From Flavobacteriales bacterium (GTDB lineage Bacteria; Bacteroidota; Bacteroidia; Flavobacteriales; Flavobacteriaceae), in NCBI GenBank assembly GCA_027066995.1, contig JAMOMQ010000166.1, positions 192 to 64,191 on the forward strand: a stretch of 64,000 nucleotides of DNA. Direction: 5' to 3'. Positions 29,288-38,717 of the stretch are shown here, one piece after another. How positions within the stretch are numbered: position 1 is the stretch's first letter; the number at the start of each line of letters is the position of its first letter. Made by a program: the position numbers and the translations under genes. The notes under the pieces are model-generated. The model did not search any database, had not been told where the DNA came from, and saw only the letters and a list, made by a program, of their open reading frames with translations.

Positions 29288-30064
29288 TTAGCGTCCTCTG
29301 TTGGCTTCGCGAATATATTTTTGCAGAGCCATCGTCATGGAAGGTGTTTCCGGTGTTGGCGCCATAATATCAATACGCAAACCTTTTTCTTCGGCCGCTT
29401 TTATGGTAGATTTACCATAAACGGCTATACGTGTGTCATTTTGTTTAAAGTCCGGAAAGTTCTTATATAATGATTCAATACCCGACGGACTGTAAAACAC
29501 CAAAATGTCATAGTAAACATTTTTCAAATCAGACAAATCGCTGATGCATGTCTTAAAAAAAGTTGCTGATTTCCAGTCAATTCCTATTTTATTTAAGGCT
29601 TGCGGAATTTCAGGTTTTAATTTGTCTGACGATGGCAATAAAAATTTGCCTTCCGGATTTTTACTGATAATATTAGCCAAGTCGGCAATGGTTTTATTAC
29701 CGTAAGAGATTTTGCGTTTACGATATACTATATAACGTTGCAAATATAAGGCTATAGCTTCGGACTGGCAATAATAGCGCATGGTATTAGGCACTGTATA
29801 TCGCATTTCTTCAGCCAACCGAAAAAAATGATCGACGGCATTGCGACTGGTAAAAATAATGGCATTATAGTCGGGCAAAAGAATTTTTTGCTTTCTAATA
29901 TCGCGTGCTGTAGCGCCTTCTACATGAATAAAAGGTCTGAAATCAATCTTAACTTTTTCATTCTCGGCCAAAGCTATGTAAGGGGAGTTTTCTGATGCCG
30001 GTTCGGGTTGTGAAACCAAAATGGTTTTTACCCTTTTCTTTTTTAGGACTGTTTTTTCACTCAT
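29288..30064 (-). CDS. Uroporphyrinogen-III synthase-like (HemD-fold) protein
   Basis: Start moved to MSEKTVLKKKRVKTILVSQP (ATG at 30064). It overlaps the upstream stop by 4 nt (ATGA). Two-lobed HemD-like length. In Flavobacteriia this gene is commonly paired with the DUF4271 gene. Confidence 0.6.
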   Translation of the reverse strand: MSEKTVLKKKRVKTILVSQPEPASENSPYIALAENEKVKIDFRPFIHVEGATARDIRKQKILLPDYNAIIFTSRNAVDHFFRLAEEMRYTVPNTMRYYCQSEAIALYLQRYIVYRKRKISYGNKTIADLANIISKNPEGKFLLPSSDKLKPEIPQALNKIGIDWKSATFFKTCISDLSDLKNVYYDILVFYSPSGIESLYKNFPDFKQNDTRIAVYGKSTIKAAEEKGLRIDIMAPTPETPSMTMALQKYIREANRGR

Positions 30065-30765
30065 AGAATTTGAAAAATTATCCAACCAATTACAACAATA
30101 AAAGGTAGAATTTCTGATAGGCAAAGATACAAAATAATTTGATACTTTTTTATGTCTAAATGCTTCCTGATACTGACATACAAATTAAACAAATTAATAA
30201 ACAACCAAACCGTTGATATAGTTACAATTACATAAAAAAACAATAGGCTGTGAAAAGGTAAAAAGTAAATTAAAAAAGCTAAAAAGTATAAATAAAACAC
30301 TTGATAATTTTCATAAGCTAATCTGATAAACATTATTTTGTTTAAATATTTATTTTTTTTTATCAAAAAAGTAAAAATTATTTCGATTAACGATTTGATA
30401 ATTGAATAAACAAAAAATATTTTAAATAAGCCTGATATTAATATTTTAGGTTGAATATTAATGGGGGCCATAAATTGATAATAATGTATCAAGGCCAAAA
30501 AAAATATCACAAAAACGGCTAATTTGATTACAAAATGTATCAAATTATAAAAAGAGAACCTCTGCCCTACTTGAGCTTCGTATTCAAATATATAAATATT
30601 GGGTGATTTGATATTTAAGCTAAACCTTTTGGGAAATAAACTTTTGGTTATAACCAACAAGAACCCCAAGGTTATAAATAATTCTAAAAACAAATCATTT
30701 AAAATATTATGATTAATGGCTCTATAAAACGTTTGTAATAACATATCTGGCATTATAAAATACAA
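30061..30765 (-). CDS. Polytopic membrane protein, DUF4271-like
   Basis: 234 aa, very hydrophobic and Phe/Ile-rich, 5-6 TM segments, translationally coupled to the HemD-like gene. Confidence 0.55.
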   Translation of the reverse strand: MYFIMPDMLLQTFYRAINHNILNDLFLELFITLGFLLVITKSLFPKRFSLNIKSPNIYIFEYEAQVGQRFSFYNLIHFVIKLAVFVIFFLALIHYYQFMAPINIQPKILISGLFKIFFVYSIIKSLIEIIFTFLIKKNKYLNKIMFIRLAYENYQVFYLYFLAFLIYFLPFHSLLFFYVIVTISTVWLFINLFNLYVSIRKHLDIKKYQIILYLCLSEILPFIVVIGWIIFQIL

Positions 30766-30963
30766 AAATAGAACATTTTAAGTCACAAACAGTATTTTTT
30801 AAATGCCATTTATGACCTATTTCTTACCACTTATAAACTCATAATTACCTTTAGTTAAAAAAAAGAAAAATACATTAAGAACTGATGTATATTTGTAGTA
30901 GAAATAAGAGAAAAAAAGTTTTTCATATTTCATTGTTTTATTTGTGTTGTTAATTGAGTTAAG

Positions 30964-32607
30964 CTATTCATTTATTTGAATAGCTTTTCTTTTAAGCAAC
31001 TGTTTTATTTTTTCCGGATGCTCACCGCTTTCTTCCAATTGCGCCGGTTTTTGTTTGGTTTCGGCTTCATAAATCAATTTTTTATCGCCTATAACAGCTT
31101 CTTTTGACTTGATCTGTTCGTTGCCCCGCCAATTAAAACCTTTAAAATATTGCTGTTGTTTGATAAAATCTTTATAAGGATATATGATACCTTCGGGCTT
31201 ATCATACAAGCGCAACAGACTGACTTGACCATGATCAAATTCTAAATAAATCCGGCTCGATTTGTTTTTTTCAATACCTGTCAAATCGCCATTGTCTTCT
31301 CTTAAAAAGTAAATAACTTCGGTATTGCCGTATATATCGATGGTTTTAAGTTTGTTTTTTTCAAATTTTCCCAATAATTTTTTGCCTTTTATTTGATTGT
31401 AACCGGCACTGTCTTTTTGTATGATAAATACATCTTTGGGAATAATCAACGAGTCTAAATGTTTTAAGCTGTCATTTTTAATATGTATAACTTTACCGGT
31501 GATTTGGCTTTGCCCGCTCCATAACACAGGCTGTTTGATTAATTTCATAATACGCCTGTCTTCGCTACGATAAATGGAATCGGCACGCCCCGAAAAATCT
31601 TTTGAAAAAAAACGCACCCGGGGATAACCCCATAATCGCCGGTGCCCTTCTTTTCCGGCCATAATAAATTGTTTGGCGCGCATAAACAAGCTGTCTTTGT
31701 TACTGATAGAGACCACCAAAGGTTGTTGACTAACGATAGTAGAGTCTAAATTGACCCAACGCTTGGCCTCGTCGGTAAATATCCATGTTTTGTTGATACT
31801 GTCAAAAACCACCACGTTCCGGTTACCGGTAGCATAAGCTTTATTTTGATCGTAATACAAACTGTCGCCTTTTATAGTCGTATGCTTGTGTTTGATAAAG
31901 GCGTTTTTAACAAACCATGATATTTTTTTTTGCGAGTCATAATGTCCTTTTTCTGAATAAATATAACTCCGGTCATTATAAATTTTAGTAGGACCGTAAA
32001 AATCGGAAATGCCTGTTTCGGTAAAATAGTCCAATTGATAAGAATCCAATTGATAATCAGGATTGTCAATATGCACATTATGAATAAAACGAAAACGTTT
32101 TTCGTTCAAAAAATATTTCCCGATTTTACTTTTCAAGGTATTGACACTGTCAACTATGGTGCCACCCGAAGTATAATAAGATTCTTGTTTAAGCCTGTCA
32201 AAATACAAGGTGTCGGTTTTAAGTTGCATTTTTGGGTCTTCCAACAATACGTTGTCATAAGCTTCGGCAAAACTTTGATTGCCATCGTATTTGAGATAGC
32301 CGGCTTGCATTTGTATGGTATCGCCTTGTTGTAATCGCACATGCCCTACGGCTATGGCAATATTGTCTTTTTTGTCTACTATGGCTTTGTCGCAAAACAA
32401 CAAAGCGCCGTTATGCTCAATCTTTACATCGCCGGACAGCAATTGCTTGCCGGGATATTTGGCATTGGTCGTGGCATGATCGGCATATAAAATATGTATA
32501 TAGTCCGGCACACTATCAATGGTTTGCCGTTGCGCCTTTGTTGGTAGTGCCAGAACTATAAAGAAAAAAAACAAGCTACTTTTTATACAAAACTGCATTA
32601 TCTTCAA
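30964..32607 (-). CDS. OstA/LptA-like periplasmic protein (LPS transport related)
   Basis: Signal peptide. The N-terminal ADHA...LSGDVKIEHNGALLFCDKA...VRLQQGD pattern matches OstA-like beta-jellyroll repeats. Adjacent to kdsA. Confidence 0.6.
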   Translation of the reverse strand: MKIMQFCIKSSLFFFFIVLALPTKAQRQTIDSVPDYIHILYADHATTNAKYPGKQLLSGDVKIEHNGALLFCDKAIVDKKDNIAIAVGHVRLQQGDTIQMQAGYLKYDGNQSFAEAYDNVLLEDPKMQLKTDTLYFDRLKQESYYTSGGTIVDSVNTLKSKIGKYFLNEKRFRFIHNVHIDNPDYQLDSYQLDYFTETGISDFYGPTKIYNDRSYIYSEKGHYDSQKKISWFVKNAFIKHKHTTIKGDSLYYDQNKAYATGNRNVVVFDSINKTWIFTDEAKRWVNLDSTIVSQQPLVVSISNKDSLFMRAKQFIMAGKEGHRRLWGYPRVRFFSKDFSGRADSIYRSEDRRIMKLIKQPVLWSGQSQITGKVIHIKNDSLKHLDSLIIPKDVFIIQKDSAGYNQIKGKKLLGKFEKNKLKTIDIYGNTEVIYFLREDNGDLTGIEKNKSSRIYLEFDHGQVSLLRLYDKPEGIIYPYKDFIKQQQYFKGFNWRGNEQIKSKEAVIGDKKLIYEAETKQKPAQLEESGEHPEKIKQLLKRKAIQINE

Positions 32608-33406
32608 ACGATTTCAAATTTGTTTTGGGTTTGCCATATAGATAGGTTTCGGACTTACCCGAAAGTTTCATATCTATTTTATTATTCACCTTAATAATTA
32701 CGCGTGTTTTGTCATAGGCTTTCAAATCAACTTTTTGAATGGTTAATTTTTCCGATTCAAAGGCTGCTTTGTTTTTTATTTTTAAATCCAAATAATTGAC
32801 ATTGCCTTCCCAATCGACTTTGGCATGGTCATCCAATTTCAGATTAACATCTTCAATATTAACGACACCTTTTATACGGGCATTTTCGGTCAAATAAATA
32901 TCTGCTTTGCGGGCGTAAACTTCCATGTCCAAATTGGCTTTACCTCTACCGGTCAAATTCAAATCTTTAGCGATATGCAAGTTTAATTCGGCTCGTGATT
33001 TGTCCAAAGCTTCCATCTGCAACGATTCCAAATTGAGCATTTCGTCATTAAAGACTTTACCTTTTTCTATCAAACGGATATTGTTAAAATTTTGTGGCAC
33101 AAAAACGGTAATACGCAAGCGTTTTTTCTTAACAATTTCCATAGACGTATTAAACTTTAACACACCTTGATCAACGTTGAAATGAATGACATCAAATAAA
33201 TTGTCATCGGTTTCAATAACCACACGGGTGGTGTCGGTTGCTTTTTGCAGATTGATTTCAAAGTGCTCTCCAACTTCAACACCGGTAAAAACAGGCACTA
33301 AAAACTTTTTAATCAACACTTCTTTATTGCCTTTGATTTTTTGTTTTTTTTGAGCAAAACCGGTTATGCTAAGCAGCATAAATAAAAATAATGTTATTTT
33401 TTTCAT
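32576..33406 (-). CDS. Secreted beta-helical protein, DUF2807/GIN-domain-like
   Basis: Signal peptide. FTGVEVGEHFEINLQKATDTTRVVIETDDNLFDVIHFNVDQGVLKF, followed by repeated ~20-aa beta units. Confidence 0.5.
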   Translation of the reverse strand: MKKITLFLFMLLSITGFAQKKQKIKGNKEVLIKKFLVPVFTGVEVGEHFEINLQKATDTTRVVIETDDNLFDVIHFNVDQGVLKFNTSMEIVKKKRLRITVFVPQNFNNIRLIEKGKVFNDEMLNLESLQMEALDKSRAELNLHIAKDLNLTGRGKANLDMEVYARKADIYLTENARIKGVVNIEDVNLKLDDHAKVDWEGNVNYLDLKIKNKAAFESEKLTIQKVDLKAYDKTRVIIKVNNKIDMKLSGKSETYLYGKPKTNLKSFEDNAVLYKK

Positions 33407-33456
33407 AATAGTTTTTTTATGATTGTATCAAATTTTAAGCCAAATATAATTTTAAT

Positions 33457-34269
33457 TTAAAGCGACAATTCGTTAATGGCAATCAATTTTTGTAACAAGC
33501 CGTCCAGTTTGTCAATTGGTAGCATATTGGCACCATCAGATTTGGCTGAAGCAGGATCAAAATGGGTTTCTAAAAAAATGCCGTCCACACCCACCGCCAT
33601 ACCGGCTTTTGCAATGGTTTCAATCAATTCGGGACGACCTCCTGTAACACCGCTACTCCGGTTGGGTTGTTGCAGTGAATGGGTTATATCCAAAATGACC
33701 GGAGCAAAATTTTGCATCGCAGGAATGCCTCTAAAATCAACAATCAAATCACCGTAACCAAACATGGTGCCGCGTTCGGTAATAGCGACTTGTTTGTTGC
33801 CCGATAGCACCACTTTATCTACGGCAAATTTCATACTTTCGGGACTCATAAACTGGCCTTTTTTTAAATTGACAACCTTACCCGTTTTGGCAGCAGCGAC
33901 CACCAGATCGGTTTGCCGCACCAAAAAAGCCGGTATTTGCAACACATCGACATAAGCCGCTGCCATATTGGCATCGGCCGGTAGATGAATATCGGTCACT
34001 ACGGGAATATCAAATGCTTGCCCTACTTTTTGTAAAATATTCAAAGCTTTTTCATCTCCTATCCCTGTAAAACTATCCAAACGTGACCGGTTGGCTTTTT
34101 TAAAACTTCCTTTAAAAATATAGGGAATTTGGTATTTATCACTCAGTTTGACAATATGTTCGGCAATACGCATAGCCATATCTTCGCCTTCAATGGCACA
34201 CGGACCGGCTAATAAGAAAAAATGACCGGCGTTTGTATGTTTTATTTTGGGGATTAAATCCAAATTCAT
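33457..34269 (-). CDS. kdsA: 3-deoxy-8-phosphooctulonate (KDO-8-P) synthase
   Basis: LLAGPCAIE, FKGSFKKANRS, LQIPAFLVRQTDL and DITHSLQQP motifs. Confidence 0.95.
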   Translation of the reverse strand: MNLDLIPKIKHTNAGHFFLLAGPCAIEGEDMAMRIAEHIVKLSDKYQIPYIFKGSFKKANRSRLDSFTGIGDEKALNILQKVGQAFDIPVVTDIHLPADANMAAAYVDVLQIPAFLVRQTDLVVAAAKTGKVVNLKKGQFMSPESMKFAVDKVVLSGNKQVAITERGTMFGYGDLIVDFRGIPAMQNFAPVILDITHSLQQPNRSSGVTGGRPELIETIAKAGMAVGVDGIFLETHFDPASAKSDGANMLPIDKLDGLLQKLIAINELSL

Positions 34270-34306
34270 ATATTTAACTTTTTAAAATGATGTACGGGAT
34301 AAAAGT

Positions 34307-35335
34307 ATGAAAAATTTGTCAATCACACAGAAAATTATTTTGATTTTAAACTATTTAGCAGCCCTGTTATTGCTCATAGCCTTTGTGGTACCTTATTTGC
34401 CGCCCCGTTTTCTATCATTTCTATCATTAAGCAGTTTGTTTTTTCCGGCTTTGGTGGTATTAAATATTTTATTTCTGTTGTATTGGCTGATTAAATTAAA
34501 AAAATATTTATTGATATCACTTTTAGTTTTATTACTCAATTACAATAACTTACAAGCTCTTTACCAGTGGGAAGGTTTGCATCCTATTGATCCCAAAGGC
34601 TTCTCTATTATGAGTTATAACGTACGACTGTTCAATGCTTATCATTGGATTAAAAAGAAAGGTGTCGATGTTGACATTTCCAATTATTTAAAGGATCAAA
34701 ATCCGGCTATTTTGTTATTACAAGAATTTAGAAAGGACAAAAAAACCGATTTTAGCCAATATAAATACAATCACATAGTTTTAAAAGGCAAAAAAAGAAA
34801 AGCGGGCTTGGCCGTTTTTTCAAAATTTAAAATTATAAACAGCGGGGATCTTAATTTCAGTCATACTTATAACAATGCCATTTGGGCTGATTTACGCATC
34901 AATAAAGACACCGTCAGAGTTTATAATGTTCATTTGCAATCGTATAAAATAGTCAATCCCGAAGCTTTTGCAGAAAAAGATAAGTTGCTAATTAGCAACA
35001 AATTAAAAAAGGTTTTTGAACAACAATACGAGCAAGCCAAGTTGCTACAACAGCATATTGAAAAAAGTCCGTATCCGGTTATAGTCGGTGGCGATTTTAA
35101 CAATACGGCATTTTCGGCGCCTTATCATATTTTAATTGATGGCAAAAACGATGCATTTGTAACTGCCGGCGAAGGTTTCGGTTTTACGTGGCAATATAAA
35201 TGGCTACCGCTACGTATAGATTTTATTTTACCGGATGCCGTTAAACTTAAAGTTGTCAAGTTTGAAACCCTTAGACATATCAAATATTCCGATCATTTTC
35301 CGATAAAAGCTTTGATTAAAATAAAAGAACAATAA
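34307..35335 (+). CDS. Membrane-anchored endonuclease/exonuclease/phosphatase (EEP) family protein
   Basis: Three N-terminal TM helices, then an EEP fold (SYNVRLFN, LLLQEF, GGDFNNT, YSDHFPI). Confidence 0.8.
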   Translation: MKNLSITQKIILILNYLAALLLLIAFVVPYLPPRFLSFLSLSSLFFPALVVLNILFLLYWLIKLKKYLLISLLVLLLNYNNLQALYQWEGLHPIDPKGFSIMSYNVRLFNAYHWIKKKGVDVDISNYLKDQNPAILLLQEFRKDKKTDFSQYKYNHIVLKGKKRKAGLAVFSKFKIINSGDLNFSHTYNNAIWADLRINKDTVRVYNVHLQSYKIVNPEAFAEKDKLLISNKLKKVFEQQYEQAKLLQQHIEKSPYPVIVGGDFNNTAFSAPYHILIDGKNDAFVTAGEGFGFTWQYKWLPLRIDFILPDAVKLKVVKFETLRHIKYSDHFPIKALIKIKEQ

Positions 35336-35686
35336 TAAAATTTAGAACTTGCTGAAAAATACTTAAATATTGAATATCAATATAATACAATCGGGTGTTC
35401 GATAAGAAATGCATGATTTTTCACATAAAAGCATAAAATTCCTTACACTTGTAAAACGCATAAATTTTATATTTCTGCTGTCCGGAAGCACTCCATCTTT
35501 GCAACTTGTTCATTTTGAAGCATCTATACACATCTGCAATTTACAAATTACAAATCTATTGCACTTCAGGGCTTTTCAGCAAGCCCTATTTAGTTATAAA
35601 GTAAAAATATGATTTTATTCTGTTTTATTTAAATTTAACAATTACGCCGTGTTTTTTTACCTTATTTTTGTCAAAAAAAACAATTA

Positions 35687-36250
35687 ATGTTAACAGGCAT
35701 CATCATAGCAGGCGGCCAAAGTAAAAGAATGGGATTTGATAAGACACAAATAGTTTATCAAAACCTAACTTTTATGGACCGTGCGGTGCAACTACTAACG
35801 ACTGTTACTTCCGAAATTATTATCAGCAGCAACCAGCCACAATCCGAATATCCATATCCGGTTATTAAAGACAAATATCCAAATATAGGTCCCATAGGCG
35901 GATTGGTCAGTTGCTTGCCTCTAATAAAAACGGAATATGCCATAATTTTACCGGTAGATTTGCCTTTATTTTCCGGGGAACTTATTCAAAAGCTTATACA
36001 ATCATCGGATTTGACCAAGCAAATCAATATTTTAAGCATTGACGGCCGGCCTCAAATGTTAACCGGCATTTATCATAAATCAGTGCAAACTTTGATTGAA
36101 AAACAGATAGAAAAAAAGGATTACACACTGCGTCATTTGTTAAACACCGCTACATATAAAATGATTGATGCTACTACTTACCGGCATTATTTCTTTAATG
36201 TTAACCGCCCCGAAAATTTAAAAATACTCAAAAACGAATATGAAAAATAG
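35687..36250 (+). CDS. MobA/MocA-like nucleotidyltransferase (molybdenum cofactor guanylyl/cytidylyl-transferase family)
   Basis: LTGIIIAGGQSKRMGFDK N-terminal NTP-transferase signature, 187 aa. Confidence 0.75.
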   Translation: MLTGIIIAGGQSKRMGFDKTQIVYQNLTFMDRAVQLLTTVTSEIIISSNQPQSEYPYPVIKDKYPNIGPIGGLVSCLPLIKTEYAIILPVDLPLFSGELIQKLIQSSDLTKQINILSIDGRPQMLTGIYHKSVQTLIEKQIEKKDYTLRHLLNTATYKMIDATTYRHYFFNVNRPENLKILKNEYEK

Positions 36251-37928
36251 ACAACAAGACATTTGGCTAAAAGCAGCAGTTATAGGCAGTATTTGGGCTA
36301 GTTTTGAAATAGTCTTCGGAAGTTTTTTTCACAGTTTGCGTCTCCCCTTTGCCGGTACATTTTTAACCTTTACCTCCATAATTTTACTGGTTGCTTTTTC
36401 ATATAAATGGCAAGACAATAATTTGTTTATTAAGGCCGGTATCGTTGCTGCACTAATGCGTTCTCTAATGCCGACATCGGTTATTTTGGGGCCGCTTATC
36501 GGTATATTGACCGAAGCATTTATTTTTCAATTGGCTCTTAATTTATTGGGACGAAATATTTTGGCTTTTAGTATAGCAGCCATTTTAGCAATGTTTAGCG
36601 CTATATTGCACAAAATTGTCAGCATTATATTGATTTACGGTTTTGATATAGTTAGAATATTGGGAAATCTATACCATACGCTACTGCATATAACACATAT
36701 AAAGTTACCTGTAAACCAACTGCTGTTCATAGTGATTGGCACATATACATTTTTGGGCATATTGGCTGCCATAATCGGCCAAACCGTAGGCAAAAAATTG
36801 GCATCAGCAGGCTCTCAAACCAAGATTTCATTACAAGAATGGCATCTCAAAAACGGTTTATTCTACATTCAACATTTTAAATACAATTCCAAATATATTT
36901 TTTTGCATTTGATTATTCTCATGTTCTTTTTAATGATATTGGAATTTTATCCGCTGTATTATTGTTTGTTGCCTTTCACTTTGTATATGGGTTTTCTTTT
37001 TAAACGTTACGGCAAATCTTTACGACGCTTGGCCAAACCTCTTTTCTGGATTCAATTGATTATTATTGTAATGATGGCTGTTTGGCTTTGGAACAACAAA
37101 CTGGAAGGACTGATGATTGGTCTCAAAATGATAATAAGAGCTATATTGGTGGTATCTACTTTTACAGCAATTAGTGTAGAACTCAAAAACCCTTTGGTTA
37201 AAGCTTTACTTTACAAAAAAGGTTATTCGCAATTGTATGCGACTTTGGGACTGGCAACCTCAGCCGTTCCTTTTATATTAAAAAGCATTTCAAGTAATAA
37301 AAAAAGCTTGGTTTATCCTTTGCAAACGCTGAGAAAAGCTATTGGTTTGTCAGATGTCTTACTACAAGAATTCAGCAAGCACATGCATCAAAAAAATCAG
37401 ATATTTATTATATCCGGGCCTACACGAAGTGGCAAAACCACTTTTTTAAAAGAAGTAATATTACAAATAAAAAACACTGACCCCAACAAAAGAATTGGTG
37501 GACTTATCGCACATGGTATGGACGTTAACGGTTACCGGTTCGGATTTAATATTGAAGATATTACAACCGGAGAAAAGGCCTATCTTTGTAGTCAAGAACC
37601 TGAAGATGGGGCTATCAAAATAGGACGTTTTTATTTTTCAACAAAAGGACTTGAGTTTGGTAATAAAGCACTCACCAAACATCTAGACAACTTAGACTTA
37701 TTAGTTATTGATGAAGTCGGTTATTTGGAATTACAAGGCAAAGGCTGGTTTGAATCCATAGAAAAAGCCATGCAAAAAGACTTAACCATTATAATGGTGG
37801 TGCGCAAACGCATATTGGAACAAATCCTCAATCTATGGCAAAACAAACAATTTATAGTGGTAGATATTGAGAATAACCGGCCTGAGTTTATTGTTGACAC
37901 CGTTACAACAAATAAAACGTCCCAATAA
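36240..37928 (+). CDS. Fusion of a polytopic membrane domain (~380 aa) with a C-terminal P-loop NTPase (THEP1/DUF2478-like)
   Basis: At least 9 hydrophobic helices, then Walker A (ISGPTRSGKTT) and Walker B (LLVIDEVGYLE). The start overlaps the upstream gene by 11 nt. Confidence 0.6.
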   Translation: MKNRQQDIWLKAAVIGSIWASFEIVFGSFFHSLRLPFAGTFLTFTSIILLVAFSYKWQDNNLFIKAGIVAALMRSLMPTSVILGPLIGILTEAFIFQLALNLLGRNILAFSIAAILAMFSAILHKIVSIILIYGFDIVRILGNLYHTLLHITHIKLPVNQLLFIVIGTYTFLGILAAIIGQTVGKKLASAGSQTKISLQEWHLKNGLFYIQHFKYNSKYIFLHLIILMFFLMILEFYPLYYCLLPFTLYMGFLFKRYGKSLRRLAKPLFWIQLIIIVMMAVWLWNNKLEGLMIGLKMIIRAILVVSTFTAISVELKNPLVKALLYKKGYSQLYATLGLATSAVPFILKSISSNKKSLVYPLQTLRKAIGLSDVLLQEFSKHMHQKNQIFIISGPTRSGKTTFLKEVILQIKNTDPNKRIGGLIAHGMDVNGYRFGFNIEDITTGEKAYLCSQEPEDGAIKIGRFYFSTKGLEFGNKALTKHLDNLDLLVIDEVGYLELQGKGWFESIEKAMQKDLTIIMVVRKRILEQILNLWQNKQFIVVDIENNRPEFIVDTVTTNKTSQ

Positions 37929-38098
37929 ATATTTTCCCATCATTTATTCAATAAAATACAGGCTTATACAACTTTTCGCCACGTTTTTAAATTTATAATA
38001 GCAAATAAATATTAGAATAGTCCAAAATTTTTATGATTTTAATATAACAAAACCATAAGAAGGAATAATTTTTGTAATTTTATAAAAAAATAATAATC

Positions 38099-38656
38099 AT
38101 GAAAATCTATTTTTATATTTTGATGTTGACAAGTTTGATTTTTTCTTGTGCCAATACAAAAAAAAGTTCCGGCAACCAAAAACCGGCTACTCATCAAACT
38201 GTCACTGATTCGTTAAATTGGCAAAACAAATATGGTTTTAAATATACCATACCGCCCCATTGGCAAACTACCGTTTCAGATTTAGAAGCCACCGATTTAC
38301 AAGGACATATCAAAAGTGTTGAATTTGATTATAAAATAAATGACAATGCAAATTTGCAAATGGTTTTTCACCCCGGAGAATCCGGCTTAAAACTATTTAA
38401 TACCTATTACAATTCACGACGAAAAAATCTTGGGCAAACAACCATAAATAAATTGCAAGCTGTCAAAATAACCGAACAAATATTAACCGACGGCAAGGGA
38501 CATCCTTTAGCCAAGCCGGTCAACCGCACCAAAATTTTTCTTTTAAATTCTGATAAAAGCGCATGCTTAGAGCTAAATTTTGAATTAAAAGGTCAAGATC
38601 CAAAAGCTTTGGCCGCGTTTGAATCTTTTTTAAAAAATATTAAACCCGCTAAATAG
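38099..38656 (+). CDS. Hypothetical lipoprotein
   Basis: Lipobox LIFSCA. 185 aa with no recognisable motifs. Confidence 0.6.
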   Translation: MKIYFYILMLTSLIFSCANTKKSSGNQKPATHQTVTDSLNWQNKYGFKYTIPPHWQTTVSDLEATDLQGHIKSVEFDYKINDNANLQMVFHPGESGLKLFNTYYNSRRKNLGQTTINKLQAVKITEQILTDGKGHPLAKPVNRTKIFLLNSDKSACLELNFELKGQDPKALAAFESFLKNIKPAK

Positions 38657-38717
38657 ATAATAATTACCACTGTTTCTACAGTCTTCAATACTAAAATCAA
38701 AATTTAAATTCTTTCCA

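Noticed and set aside
30781-30933. 38-aa minus-strand ORF (MKYEKLFFSYFYYKYTSVLNVFFFFLTKGNYEFISGKK) upstream of the DUF4271 gene.
   Set aside because: It is too short and too low in complexity (Phe/Tyr from a T-rich tract) to support as a gene without conservation or expression data.
35409-35612. 67-aa ORF in the intergenic region upstream of the MobA-like gene.
   Set aside because: The composition does not look protein-like, there is no plausible start context, and the ORF overlaps hairpin and inverted-repeat structures. The region is treated as non-coding leader.
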